This document shows positions 40,591 through 53,549 of a stretch of DNA of 64,000 bases, one piece after another. Under the pieces are notes generated by a model that saw nothing but the letters and a program-made list of their open reading frames with translations, searched no databases and was not told the DNA's origin. Every line of letters begins with the position of its first letter. Within the stretch, counting starts at the first letter, position 1. This stretch comes from Selaginella moellendorffii (taxonomy: Eukaryota > Plantae > Lycopodiophyta): the NCBI RefSeq assembly GCF_000143415.4, contig NW_003314291.1, positions 531,316 to 595,315 of the forward strand. The letters are read 5' to 3'. The translations under genes were made by a program, and so were the position numbers.

Positions 40591-40649
40591 ACCCTAAAAC
40601 AGAGTGGATAAACCCTAGAAACCTAGTATTGTAACATACCATGACTAAT

Positions 40650-40721
40650 GGTCCCATAGTCTAGTGGTTACGACATTGGACTTTGAATCCAAGAGCCCGA
40701 GTTCGAATCTCGGTGGGACCT
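40650..40721 (+). tRNA. trnQ: tRNA-Gln (anticodon TTG)
   Basis: Acceptor GGTCCCA/TGGGACC; anticodon arm TTGGA-CTTTGAA-TCCAA; T arm CCGAG-TTCGAAT-CTCGG; D loop with GG. Confidence 0.95.
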
Positions 40722-41032
40722 CTAACTAAGACTTCCCTCCAAAAATTTTAGTGTCTTACATAAATCTTTGCTTCTTTTTTACAAAACAAAACTCCGCTCT
40801 TCTCTTCTCTCCTCTCCCTTTCTCCACTCAAAAAAAAAAAAAAAAGGCTTGCTTTGGTAGTCTCTCCTTATTCAAACATCTCTCTCGCTGTCTCTCTCTT
40901 TTTTTTCTTTGCGTAAAGCTGCTAAAAAAAACGTCACGAGTGGGAGGTGGAAGCACAAAAACCAGGCCTTTTTTCACTCCAGACCCCGCAGAATAAAGAT
41001 CAATGTGGAAACCTGTGATTTGCCGTGATTTG

Positions 41033-44000
41033 TCACAAGCCGTACCTTCTTTTCAGCTTTTCTTGGGTGCCAGGATCGAGGTAACTGAAGTACTGCTCCC
41101 AGGATCCACCAAGCATCTGCGTCCGAGTTTGTGTGTCAGGCATCATCGCCACAGTTACAAGAGTTTCTCCAATCAAACCTGCTTGAATCCGTGTAGGACT
41201 TGTGTTATCTCGGAGCGTAGCTCGGCACTTCGAATTTCCTGTTCATTGAAGTTAGCACTAGAGCATGCTGCATTGAAACACGAGACTTACATGCCAGCTA
41301 CCGATGGCTTCGCATATAGACCCAAAGTATTTTGCAGCACCCCCGGGATTCAGCCTTACCTGGAAATAAAACATCATATGAGAACTCATTAGAAAGCCAA
41401 AAAGGAAAAAAAATGTTACCATTGCACAAAGTCCTCGGAAAGCGTCCTCTTTTTCAATATCGTCGCGGACCCTGTGTCACAAACATCATGAGCGCGTGAA
41501 GATCAGCATTGCAACTCAAAGCATACATGGCTAACGATTGGCACCAAATCTTCATAAAGTGATCAATGTGTGGAGCAACGAGCTCGGGACAAACCCAACC
41601 CAGTCTTCCAAGGGTAATCGCACTGTTCTCCAGCATCGATTTGTTGACGTTCTGGTAACACAAGCTTCCAGCTAGAACCCAAGCCGACAAAGAGAATGAA
41701 GTGGAGGTACCTCAACACTCGAAAGTATGGGCACCAGGCAACTGATGACACCCATCACAATAGGAGCAATCTCTTTTCCAACCTGCAAAAGAACATTTGA
41801 CGTGCAATTTAATTCATGAGGATATATAGTCGTTACCTTGATTGCAATTTCGCCTATCGCCCAGCACGCATTGTTAGATACAGAAACATGTTCAACGTCC
41901 TGCTTTAAGACAAGTCAAAATATTTCTCATATGCAGCCGAAAGATTGAATACCAACCAGTTGCCTTGCTGCAAGACTGAGGAAATCACCCATCCTCGGTT
42001 GGAGGTGACCAGCACAAGCCTGCCAAAAAGCATTAGTATCAGAATCGATTACTCTTTAGCACACCTTTGCAAGATCTCCCAAAAGCGCAAGTGCACTTTG
42101 ACGAACTTCTGGTGCTTCGTCGCCGCAGCAATAAAACAAGAGATCTCTGAGATCACTTCTCACAACCTATAAACACAACAGACATCAGAATGTATGCAAA
42201 TTTATTATATAAACATACCAAGCTCTCCATGTTGCTTCCCAGACCTTCAGCTAAACCAGAAAGTAGATCGAGTGAGCACACGATGAATTCCTTGTCATAT
42301 TGCACACCGGCCCTTCCAGGATCAGCCTGCAAAAACGCATGTTAAACAAAATCAAAACCGTAAAAGCTCACCTTCGCAACTTCCTGCGTGCGAATAACTC
42401 GAATACATCTGGCAAAAATCGGTTCTGCGTACTGCGCAAATCCAGAGCCTAATGCCTACATCAATGTGAAAATTTAGGCCAATAACGACGATAACCAAAG
42501 AAAAAAACATACCTGTGCGATGGACGTAAAACATTCTAGAAGTGGAAATAGATCTTTGTCATTATCGGCGAGCTGTTGCCATTTTGCTATCAATGGTGGC
42601 ATCAGTATATTGAGATACTTGGGCTGAAAAGGTTGTAGATTTTGTAAGTGTTAGAAAAACTGGGAAGCAAACCTCATTAAGGTCTCCACCCACTGCATCT
42701 GCTAGCGTTCCGATGGCATCGTACAAAATTCGTAGGTTACGGCGCTATAAATTTTGAATCATTAGTGATTGGAGACATAAGATAGTATACCTGGTATTTA
42801 CTAAAAGCAAACATAAGATGTTGTAGAATGACTTCAAGATGATGTTGAAGAATAACTTCTTCTGCCGCTTCCTGAAGTGCGTGGAAGTTAAGTTCGATCA
42901 GTAACAAAGAAGCTTACTTCTTCAAGCGTAGCAAACGCGGAGCAGGCTGCTTCTTGTACTTGTTTGTTGGTGCCAATGACTTGTCGAAGTAGTCCCGTTA
43001 AAACACTATCGAACTGTTGGAGACCATTTGTTTCACTTGCTGCCTGGACTATCCATTTGCTATAACGAGACAGTGTCCAACAGGTGATCCCTCTGACCAA
43101 AGGATGCTTGTCTTCCAGAAGTGGTGTAAGGAATGCAATCATCTAATAGAAAAGTGTAAGAATTAATAAAAGGCAGACAAGGTAAGTTACCTGAGGAAGG
43201 TGTGGAAGGAGACCATTTATACAGCCTTGAGCAACAGCTCCTAGAGCCAAAACTGCTGCCTCGCGATCTTTCCATTTATCATCCGACGAATTCGATAGTC
43301 TTGCCTGACATGCAAAAGAAACAAGCAATGCATTCATGCTCTAGAACTTATGCATTTACCTCTACTAGGGGCATGAGGAGAGGTAAAATATCGTCGCCAA
43401 ATAATGTCGATAGAGTGTCCAGTCCAGCGGCACTGCACTTGCGCAAATTCCACGAACTTATAATTTCATCCGTGTCCTACAAAAAAGTGATCGCAATTAA
43501 ATAAATTTAAAGAACAGAATGCTTCATCAGAGCTACCTCATCATCATCAGTTTCATTTCCATGAACTCGTGATTGATGAAATCTAGGCTTTAAGTTCTGC
43601 AATCCAAAAAAATAAACGTTATATATTCCAACCTCAAATCCACTACCTGCTCCGAGTCGGGTACGCTTTCATCGTCCTGAAAGAAAGAGCAAGTTAGATA
43701 AAATAAATGGAAGTGCAAAATACCTGAGAGTCGAGCAGAGCTTCATCATCATCTGCATATATCATATTTGTTAGAAGAACCTGGAAAAAACTATCAGCAA
43801 AACCACAAATTTCTAATGGAAATCCAGCATACTCCAATTAGTCGAGGTAGGGCGTCTCTTAAAAGTTCCAAAGGTAGCTGTGCTTCACAAAATGCCGTCC
43901 TACGAAAAACAGCACCTCAGGTATCTCACGAAAGCCATGCAGCAGCGTACCAGAACTCACATGACCCTAGCGCTACTTCTGGATCTGGATCATTGTTTGC

Positions 44001-45224
44001 TTGTAACATATATTCAATTACACTTTTCATGTGAGGCTGCCAACAAATATTAGCATACACAACTTAACAGAGTCAACAATTCTTACCCGGAGAATTTCTG
44101 CATCCATCTCCAACAAACGAACGAGCGCCGCACACACCTTGCATGTAAAACTGAAATTATCACTCACTGTTTCAATATCACAAGCAAACGGAACTACTAA
44201 CCAATTTCCTCACTTCAGGCGCAGGATCGTTGGAAAGCGTAAAAAGACCTTGAAGGTAGTTATCCATGTTAACAAAGAGTGCCTGAAACAGCTCAGCGTA
44301 TGAGCAGCAAGAAGAAAACAAAACCTCACTTCTTACCTGGGGCATGAAATTAATAAATTGGTTCACCGCGCCCAGCGCAAGCTTTCTTAGCGTTACGTGA
44401 GACGACGAGAAGAACTTCAGCAGCCGCGGAATAAACACATCAGACGGTTTCTGTGCTAGTCCTGGGACAACTTGGTCTAGTTGATCGGCGGCATCCTCAC
44501 AAATCTAAGAGAAAACAGACAAAGAGAAGAATGATATTGGCAGTGGCAGCTTAAAAGTACCTTAGACAATGCGTCAAGCGCTCCTTCCATGTGGTTATAA
44601 TCGTTGCTCTCGAGGCACTCTAGAATCCCTTGGAACAACTCGGGCCACGTCTGGAGCTGGCCTTCCTGGATGATCACACTCACGACGGTCCCGACGGTGG
44701 CACGTAGTTCCCTGTTTGGAGATCCAAGTCGAGGAAGAAGCTCCGACTTGATATATTGCTGGTAGACGCCAGGGAGACGTTTGTAGGACGATTTTAAGTT
44801 GTTTTTCAGTAGCAATCCAGCGCTCTGTCGGACTACCACTGATTGTCCCTGGGAAGAAAAAAAAAAAGAAAATGGCGATGAGCACAGCACACAGACGAGC
44901 TTAGAAGTTTTAGGGCACAAAGAATTCACTCGGCATTTTGGGAGGAGCTATAGAGATCGCTAGAAGAGCAAAACCAAGCCATTGCCTAGCAATGCGCAGA
45001 ATCGAAGCAAAGAGTCATGCAAAAAAAGAGGATTGGAGCGCGCTTACCTCGCTGCGGCAGAGGATGAAGACGAGGTAATTGTTGAAATCCGGGACCTGGC
45101 TGCAGCGCTGGAGCTGCTCGAAAATCCGCGCCTGGTCGGCGTTGGGCCGCTTGCCCTCCTGGAGCAGCGCGCAGATTTCGTTGACGCCCTCCTCCCGCGG
45201 CTGCCATGGCGATCTTTGATCCAT
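41033..45224 (-). CDS. TRN1: Transportin-1 (importin-beta2), many exons
   Basis: [26 protein letters not shown]; [14 protein letters not shown]; [16 protein letters not shown]; [12 protein letters not shown]; [13 protein letters not shown]; [11 protein letters not shown]; ends ...EKLKRRYGL*. Confidence 0.95.
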
Positions 45225-45471
45225 GGGGGCGCCGTCGCGACGCGAGCCCTAAATCCCTGCCCCGAGCACCAAGCGCGAAGCTCTCACTAGACCGAGCTGG
45301 AAGAGATTTGTCCTGCTGAGGTTAAACCCTACTTCCCTCCCTTTGCTCATGTCATACGGACGATATTCCAAAACACAAAAAAAATTATCATACACCAAAA
45401 CAATAGCATCCACTAGAACCTAAGTATTAGAAAGAATCGAAGAATGTGCCAGCGAAAGAGTTCTCCCGTGA

Positions 45472-46686
45472 TCACGACTGGATGACGAGGCCCACGTATA
45501 TGGCAGCACACAAGAACGCTAGCGAAACAAATCCCCTGGGAAGAAAAAAAAACGATTTTTTTTGGTGGCGTCGATCTAGAAACTTTGGAAAGCTTACCAG
45601 ATCACTCCCCAAGCGAGCCCATTGCACGGGCAGCAAACGCAAACTTCAGAGAACTTCTCGGCGTCGCTGGTGTTTACTCTTCTCGAGATGAGATCGTCGT
45701 AGATATCTGGAGGAGATCATGTAGATTGATCAAGCCTTCGAAACATACGAGCGCTACGTACCGTAAACGGAGAACATACAGTTCATAACTCCTGGATGGA
45801 AAAAGGATTCCAAGGCGTTATATCTCGACTAGATCAAGCTTGAGCTCGCTTACCAATGAAGAGAATCACGTATCGCAGAAGGTGAACGCTTGTGGTTTCT
45901 TGCAATACCCAGATGATCGCCAGGAAAATGATAAAACCTGCGAAGCTTGTGTCAGTCGAGAAGCAAAAGATTCTAATGGTTTTACCGAGGCTGAGAAATC
46001 GAAGGAACCACTGCTCCAGTCGAGTTGGACATGCAAGAACGAAAAAATGAGCTATGGAGCATTCGAAAAGCTTACATTTTTTGCGTAGATGACGAGAACG
46101 AAGAGGAGAGAACCACCGAGAATGGCTGCCGCGACTCGAGTAGCAATGCGATTCGTGGCCATCAAAATAAATGCCATTCCCCAGAATGAGGATCCGAGAT
46201 CTGCGTGAAACGACCATCAAACCAGAGAAACTTGGGAAGAACTTAACTTACATCCGGCAGGAAGAATGAGCCATTGACTTCCACCTCGCGTACGAGTCAC
46301 TCCCCCTTCGTTGAGATTAACTTCGATGCCTTCTACCTGGGAAAAGAAAAAAAACATGGAAGAAGGAAAAGCTTGGATCATCCATCGCGAGCACGAAAGT
46401 GACGCTAGGAAAGGATCGTGAGAGCTTACATGGCCGCAAGTGAGCTTACACGCAATCGCGTGAGACGCTTCGTGAAGATACACGGTGATGAGCTTGAATG
46501 GTGTCACTAGTGGCGTCCGCCATAGCTGCAAACAAGAAGAACAAGCAAGAACTTATAGACAAGAAGAAAATCCTTCCTTTCGATCGACAATACCGCAAGA
46601 ATCGCCACGGCAAAGACGCCGATCGTCACCACAAATGTGACTTGCCGGCGATTGCAGCAGCTCCGCAGCTCCCAATCCCAATCCAT
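45472..46686 (-). CDS. Peptidase M50B-like membrane protein, multi-exon
   Basis: MDWDWELRSCCN..; LWRTPLVTPFKLITVYLHEASHAIAC (HExxH); ILPAGY; several TM helices. Confidence 0.9.
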
Positions 46687-47510
46687 TGGCGCTCCCGCGA
46701 GATCCTCCTATCTCTCGGATTATCAGACCCCGATTATCGATCGATGATATCAGCGATCGCACAGCAGCATCACCTCAAGAGCTTGGATTCGCGGATCGCG
46801 ATCGCGTGCTTGGCCGCCGCCGCGTCCATTTGACCCAGCCTCCAATCGACCAGACCATCGAAATATTTTTCTTCCACCGCGCAGTGGCTCCCCGCGCGGG
46901 GAAAGAACAACACGCACCACCGCGACCCACCTTTAACTTAAAACTTTAATACAATTTAACACAGTAGCCCTAATCTCCCCCTTTCTCTCTCTCTCTTCCT
47001 TCTCTCTCCAGCAGTAAAACGAAGGGCAGGCCTTTCTTTTCCATCGCCGGTGGATTTTCAGCGCGGCGCCATCGCCGTCTCCTCGCCCTAGAGCCATCGC
47101 CGCGCCCCTGGTCTGTATCTCTCGCATTCGATCGGCCGTAGGGTATAGCAGCGATCCCATTTCTCGTTACCCTAGTTCCTCATTTCCGCACATTGAAAGA
47201 ACAGGTGTTTTTTTTTTGTTTCTTCGTCTTCTTTTTTCTTCCCTTTTTTCCTCTGAGGTGCCCGTAGCTTATAGTTTCTTTGCTCGCCGTGCGGGCTTTC
47301 CAGAGGTATAGATTTTATTAGGGCTTTGTGATTCAATCTCGATGGTGGAAGTTTTACTGTAAGCCAACGCTCCTGGGGTGACATTCATGTTGTCTGGTAT
47401 GTGGAAATTTCGAATTTGTTTGTTCGTCCGTATGACTTTTGAGTCGGCTCTTCTTTCAGGAAGTCTTCTCTTTAAAGAAACTGAATTGCTAGTCGCTCAA
47501 CTCGGAAGCC

Positions 47511-50500
47511 ATGATCACAGAGCGCAGGTAAGTCTTTTTGCGTTTCTTGATACGATGGCGAATGATTTTTTTTGTGAATTCTTCCAGGGGAGTTCGGAGG
47601 GGCATGACAGTGCTCGGCAAAATTCCGGTGCCGAGGCCTGTCAATCTTCCAAGCCAGAGGTATGTTTTTGAAAGCAAGTAACGGGCTCAAGTAAGTCATG
47701 TTGGATACAGGCTAGAAAATCGAGGACTCGATCCGAACGTGGAGATAGTGCCAAGGTAGCGATGTTTTCTTTTCTTTTCTCGCAAGGCTTTAGACTTTAT
47801 AAATTTTTTCTCATGTTTTTTTAATGTAGAGGAACTGTTACGTGGGGTAACGCTGCTCGTTCTCCTCCGACTTCGACAAACAACTGGGGTGGTGGTAACG
47901 GTTCACAGCCATCATCGCCACCAGTGAGTGCTGGTGCATGGGGATCCAAGCCTGCATCAGCATGGGGGCCGAACTCTACACGACCATCTTCCGCTGGCTC
48001 CACAAGACCATCATCCGCGGGAGGTGCGCATCCTTCGTCTAGTGTGCTTCGACCTGCGTCTGCCGGGGGTAGGCATCCACAAGAGCTAGCTCGTCCATCT
48101 TCAGCTGGGAACCAAGACCTTCCTCCACAGAATGCCTGGGGTCCTGCAAATCGTCCTTCCACTTCTTCAGGAACACAAGCTAGCAGTCAGCCTTCGAATT
48201 CACGCCCACGGAGCGCCGAGGCGAGGCCGAACGGTCGAGTGTCTCTTCTGACTTCTGAGCTCGCACGTAATGGTCCGCAGCCATGGGGGCCTTCGGCATC
48301 ACGGAAATCGGTTCGTAGCTTCTACACCGTTTGCTACTCACCATCCACGTATAATTCTTACAGCAGGACGAGGTGCCTCAGCCGTCCCGTTTTACTCTCA
48401 CGACTGGAGATTTTCCTACGCTTGGGTCCGAAAAGAATCCAAATCTTCGACCACAGCAGCGTAAGCGTAATCAAGTTTTGTGTCTTTGTTTGCTGATTGA
48501 TTCTGTTATTCAGGAGAACGTCCTGAGCACGTAGACGAACGTCCTGAAGAAAGACCACCTTCGCATCAGTATGGTACGCGTGTTTCTACATTTTCTTGCT
48601 TACTAAGGAAATTGATTGCTATAGATGATGGTTATCCTGGACAAGGTCCACGCTTCAATGACCACCCGGAGGGTGCCAACGGCTGGGGTCGGGGTCCTTT
48701 CAGAGGGCCTCCCGGGCCTGGTATGGAAGGAGGATATGGAATGCCGTCGAATAGCTGGCGTCGGGAGCCACCACCCGATGGCGAAGACCACTGGCCTCCA
48801 AGTGGACCATACGGACCTCCCAGGTTCCCAAATCCAGAGTTTCTTCATCAAAGGTTTGGTCCGAGCCCTCCAGCTTCCTACGGTCAGCCCGGTGATGGCT
48901 ATGGTCCTCCACCGTTCATGAGGCCAATGAATCCGGAACGTCCTGGTTTCGGTCCGGGAATGTTTCCAGGGCATTACGATGGGTACTACGGCTATCCTCC
49001 AAGTTACAACATGGATGAGAGAGAAATGATGATGTGGGGAGGACCAGGAGGATATGGCGGTTTTCATCCTGATTTTCCCAGGCATCCAATGGGACCAAGG
49101 CCCCGTCATATGCCGAACCATGCAGTCTTTGAAAAGGATGGGGAAGGCTTTCATTCGGAGTTCAGAGGTGGTGGAAAGATGAAAGAAGGAGACAATGGGG
49201 AGTTCAGGAGAGAACCAGTGAACAAGGCTGCAAACGATGCAAAGAGGTCCACGATGCATCCTCCCAAGGCTGAACCAGTAGTTCCGGACGTGGCCATCCT
49301 AAAAAAGCCACAGCCTATCAAGGAAAAGCAAGAGGATGGAGACTCAGTTGACGCACCTCGCATTGCTGACAAAAAGGAAGAAATCATTAAAGCTGAGGCT
49401 GTGGCTCCTCCATCCGAGCCTACTGAAACAACCGCAGGTGTTCTTGGAAAGGGCCCTGTTACCATAGTTGACGAGAAGCACGGCGAACAGGTGCTTAAAG
49501 ATGGTGTCAAGTCAAAGCCCAAGACAGCTGCGGCCCACGAGTCCGAAAAGGAGTGGAGGCCTAAGCTTCATGCGACGGATTTGAACGTTTATGATTACGA
49601 GGCTCAGGTATCCTACAAGCCTTTATTTTAATGACGTGAAACTTATTTCGTTTTGTCTTTTTTCTTTCAGCGTGCAAAGATGAAAGAAATTGCTGCTCAA
49701 AGAGCAGAACAGCTTCAGAAAGAAGAGGAAGAGCGAATCAAAGAACAGAAAGCAAAGGCAATGGCTAAGCTTGAGGAGCTTAATAGGCGTTCAACAGGCG
49801 CTCCTACTGATACTACTGATACGCCAGTTGAAGCGAAGGCTTCAGGAGTAAGTAGTAAGCCCGAGCATGGAAAGCGAGGTGGCAAAGGAAGCAGAGCAAG
49901 AAAAGAGAGGTCGAAAGGGCAGTCCAAGAAAGACGTGAACGTGAATGCCGCTGAAACTCCACCACCTCCGAAAACAGACGCCGTGGAAACTCCGGTACGA
50001 GATGGGCGAGATGACGTAGTCCAAGACGGCGGAGCAGCCCAAAGCCCGAGACAAGATGCCCGGGTCCAAAGTCCGAAGCAAGAGAACCGGCTCCAAAGTC
50101 CGAGACAAGATGGCCGAGCTCAAGAAGCCCGAGTTCAGAGTCCTGCCGCGCAGGAAGAGGTTCCGGCCGAAGAAAGAAACGCGACAAAAGGGAATGGTGG
50201 CAGAAGGCTTCCGAGGAAGCCAAAGAGGATATCGTCCAAGTCCCAGGACGTACGAGTTAGCGACAAGCAGCATGGAGCTGAGAATATGATCTGGGCGCCT
50301 GTGCGTAGTGCTCCCGACCAGCCGCAGCAGCTTCCGCCTCCGCCACCACCAGGGCCACAGCCACAGCCACAGGCTTCCAAGCAGCACCAGGCTCCGGCTT
50401 CTCGTCCCCACGACAAGGAACGAGAGCGGCACGAGAGGTCCGAGAGGCACGAAAGGTCTGAGAGGTCCGAGAGGTCCGAGAGGCACGAGAGGCACGAGAG

Positions 50501-51182
50501 GCCCGAGAGACATGAAAGGCCCGAGAGACACGACAGGTCCGAGAGGCACAGAGACAACGGCATGGTTTATCAGCAGAAGTCAGGAAACGGCGGCGGTAGG
50601 CAAGGCCACGATCATCATCCTCAGCCGCAAGACAAAGCAACAGTTCATGCGGAAGGCGGTGGTGGCGGTGGTGCTGCTGCTGGAGGTGGTGGTCATCAGA
50701 GGCCACAGTCGGCTGGCTCCAGGTTTGGGCATAGAGAGCGACCATTCTCGTCTGAGAGCGGTCATCACCATAACAAGTCTCAGTATCAGCCAGTACCACA
50801 GCAGCAGCAGCAGCAAAACAATCCCCAGCAGCATCATCAGCAGCAAAACCATCTCCAGCAGCAGCAGAACCCGCAGAACCAGCAGAACCATCAGCAGCAA
50901 AACCATCACCAGCAGCAGCATCGATCCGGAAAACCCGAGCATGGAAATAATTCCAACTGGGGAAGTGGCGGTGGTGGTGGTGGTGGTGGCGGTGGCGTCG
51001 GTGGTGGCGGTGGTGGCGGTGGCGTCGGTGGGGGCGGTGGCGGTGGCGGTGGTGGTGGAAGGCGAGGTCGGTTTGGACGTGCAGGGATGAGGTCGGTGGT
51101 GGACATGGGAGGCAGGGTCGAGAAGCAGAGGATGGTGATCGATGCAACCGGCGGAGCTCTTCCAAATCAAGTTGCTGGCTGA
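47511..51182 (+). CDS. MODIFIER OF SNC1 1-like (BAT2/PRRC2 N-terminal domain) protein
   Basis: GGMTVLGKIPVPRPVNLPSQR|LENRGLDPNVEIVP|GTVTWG; RPRSAE; DFPTLG; YDYEAQRAKMKEIA..KAKAMAKLEELNRR; IWAPVRS; low-complexity tail. Confidence 0.88.
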
Positions 51183-51536
51183 GTAAGCGCCTCTATCTCT
51201 CTCGATCTTTATCTTCATCTCGCTTTTTTTTTTTTTTCTTGTTCTTGATGATTCTTCTTTTGCTTTGATAGGAACTGGATTGTCGGTGCCGTATCCTATC
51301 CGCGAACGATTGTCACTGGGATTGGTTACTCAGCATTGGATGGAGAGGTTTTTAAAGCAAAAAGTTTTTTCGTTCGTTCGGTCGTTGTTTGTAGCCTTTG
51401 CTCTGCCAAGAAATGAGAAAGTGGAAATGAGAAAGTGATTCCTAGCTTAATAGCTATAAAGTTTACTACTTCGCTTCTAGTTGGGCAATATGATCTTAAA
51501 CATGTAATACTAAACTCGAAAAGCGCTGGACTTTTA

Positions 51537-51650
51537 ACGCGTGGCGACAGCTATCTTCATTCCCCAGACAGCGTAACACGTGTCCAAAATGCTGGACGCC
51601 ATGCACAATCAACACGTAGGCCACACTTAACCATATTCGCCAAGTATAAA
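51537..51650 (+). promoter_or_regulatory. ABA-responsive promoter of LEA gene (CE3/ABRE, G-box ABRE, RY-like, TATA)
   Basis: ACGCGTGGC at 51537, ACACGTGTC at 51576, CATGCA at 51600, ACACGT at 51612, TATAAA at 51645; ATG at 51763. Confidence 0.7.
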
Positions 51651-51762
51651 ACGGGAGCTCCTTGCTCTCGCATCCTCATCAAGTTCTCAGCGTTCTTCAC
51701 ACCAGTTGTTTGGATTTCTCTCTTTCTTCCGAATCGTTTTTTTCGTAGTTCGATCTTCGGCA

Positions 51763-52351
51763 ATGGCATCTGAAAAGGCCCAGGAGCTCAAGGACACCGC
51801 CGGACAGAAGTGGAACGAGGCCACCGGCGCGGGGCAGCAAAAGACTGGAGAGGCCCAAAAGCACTCACAGGTTTGTCAATCTCTCTTCCAGTTGCTCCTC
51901 TGGATCCTCTGAAGCTCTCGAGAGATGTTTTGTATGGAGTGATCCTTTCAAGCCTCTCGGGAGTTTTGATTGTTCCTCTAAATCGTTCATGGATCCGAAT
52001 TTCAATTGGTAATCGACTTTGACACCATTTTGTGACGAACAGGAGGCTGCTGGTGCCACCAAGGAGAAGACCCACGAGGCCGGCCAGGCGACCCAAGACA
52101 AATGGGGTCAAACCAAGCAGGGCACCGGTGACGCTACTCATGGAGCTCAAGCCAAGGCGGCCGAGGCCAAGGACCACACCGGAAATGTCTTGCAGCAGGT
52201 ATTTCGTTTAATATCTCCGTTCGTTCTTCCAACATCTCTTTAACATTTTTGGTGATTTGTTCTTTGCAAGGTTGGAGACCAGGTGAAAGGAACCGTGGAG
52301 AAGGCCAAGGAGACCCTCTCTGGCGGTGGCAACAACAATCCCACCAAGTAA
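51763..52351 (+). CDS. Small group-3-like late embryogenesis abundant (LEA) protein, 3 exons
   Basis: Hydrophilic A/K/Q/T/G-rich repeats (TAGQKWNEAT, TQDKWGQTK); GNVLQQVGDQVKGTVEKAKETL; ABRE-rich promoter. Confidence 0.85.
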
Positions 52352-52469
52352 AAGTGTGAATCGAATCAATCCATCGCGCTCTTCATCACACTATTGAGGA
52401 TTGGTTGTACAAATAAGTCGCATATGAATATAATCTTGTCCCGTGTGTAAAAATTGGTCTGCGCTCTGA

Positions 52470-52590
52470 CCTTTAGGGCATAAAGTTCTTACAAATTTTA
52501 GGTTAAAGCCAATGGTTTGTGGAACCCCCTTGGGGCCTAAAGTTCTTATTGAGTTTTAGGTTAAAGTTACTGTTTGTGGAACCTTTAGTT
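52470..52590. repeat. Imperfect ~58-bp tandem duplication
   Basis: taaagttctta..ttttaggttaaag..tttgtggaacc occurs twice. Confidence 0.75.
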
Positions 52591-52631
52591 AGAGCTTAAA
52601 ATTCAAATTCTAGGGCTAGGGTTTCCTGGAC

Positions 52632-53548
52632 ATGGCGACGAGCAAGGCATGGCGAGGCACGGCAGGGATTTCGAGCCTGATGCCGGAGCTCGTCAGGGAT
52701 ATCCTTCGCAGGCTGCCGTTCTCGGGCGATGCGTGTGCCAGGTTCCGGAGCTCGTACAGGGACAGCGCTCGGTTCTTCTAATTCGATCCAGGACAGCAGC
52801 GGCGCGGTGCTGCGATGGGCGCCGCGGCACTTCGGAAACGTGGAGAGGGATGTTCCCGACTGGATGTGCGCCGTGTCGCAGGACAAGCGCCTCGTCCTGG
52901 CGCGCTCCTCGCAGAAGAGGAGGCTCTCCGTCGGGAGTCCCTTCGTGGGCAAGTGGGAGGAGATCCCCTACTTGCGATTCGGGGACACGTCCGAATTCTT
53001 CTCCCGGGGATTACAAGGTTGTGGTGTGGTTCTCGGATGGCACGCTCTACACCTTTGCTCGCGGCCAGGCGGCGTGGATTCCTGCCAAAGGGGGGGGCGG
53101 CCCCGGATCGATCCCGGCGCTGCTGGATGGTGTAGTGTATTGTACCGCTTCGCACGATCGCAAGTGGCTCCTCCAGTATGACTTGACACGCAACAAGTTC
53201 TTGTTTTCGCATCTGTATGACAAAGTTGGCGATGGTGTCTGTGTAGCTGCCTGGGGTGACAAGCTCTATGTGCTCGTGCTCAATGTGGTGGAGAAGGGCA
53301 GAGTGGAGATTTGGGAAGTCCGTTTTGAAGTGAAAGAAATCTGGACTGAATTTGTGAGTAAGTATGATGTGGGTTTGGAGGCTGGGGAGTTTAGATTTAC
53401 TGGGCAAGCTGGGAGTGTTCTCAGCTTTTCTTGCTCTTGCAAAGGTAAGAAGGGCAAGGTTTGCTTCTCATATGATCTGAATTCAAGGACTTGGGCTAGG
53501 CAAGGGTTTGCTTGCTCAATAGCTGTGCCAGTACAGCTAGCTTACTAA
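52632..53548 (+). pseudogene. Frameshifted F-box-like gene
   Basis: From the ATG at 52632: ISSLMPELVRDILRRLPF (F-box), then RCVC in another frame, VGSPFVGKWEEIP in a third and DYKVVVW..LLDGVVY..SYDLNSRTW in the last. At least two frameshifts are needed. Confidence 0.7.
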
Positions 53549-53549
53549 A

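Noticed and set aside
49608-49670. Donor GTATCCTA resembling a U12-type intron in the MOS1-like gene
   Set aside because: Deviates from GTATCCTT, has no TCCTTAAC-type branch site and has a normal polypyrimidine tract.
52649-53548. 299-aa ORF taken as an intact gene
   Set aside because: Its N-terminal half is largely out of frame with the F-box motif and downstream F-box-associated motifs, so it is better explained as a frameshifted pseudogene.
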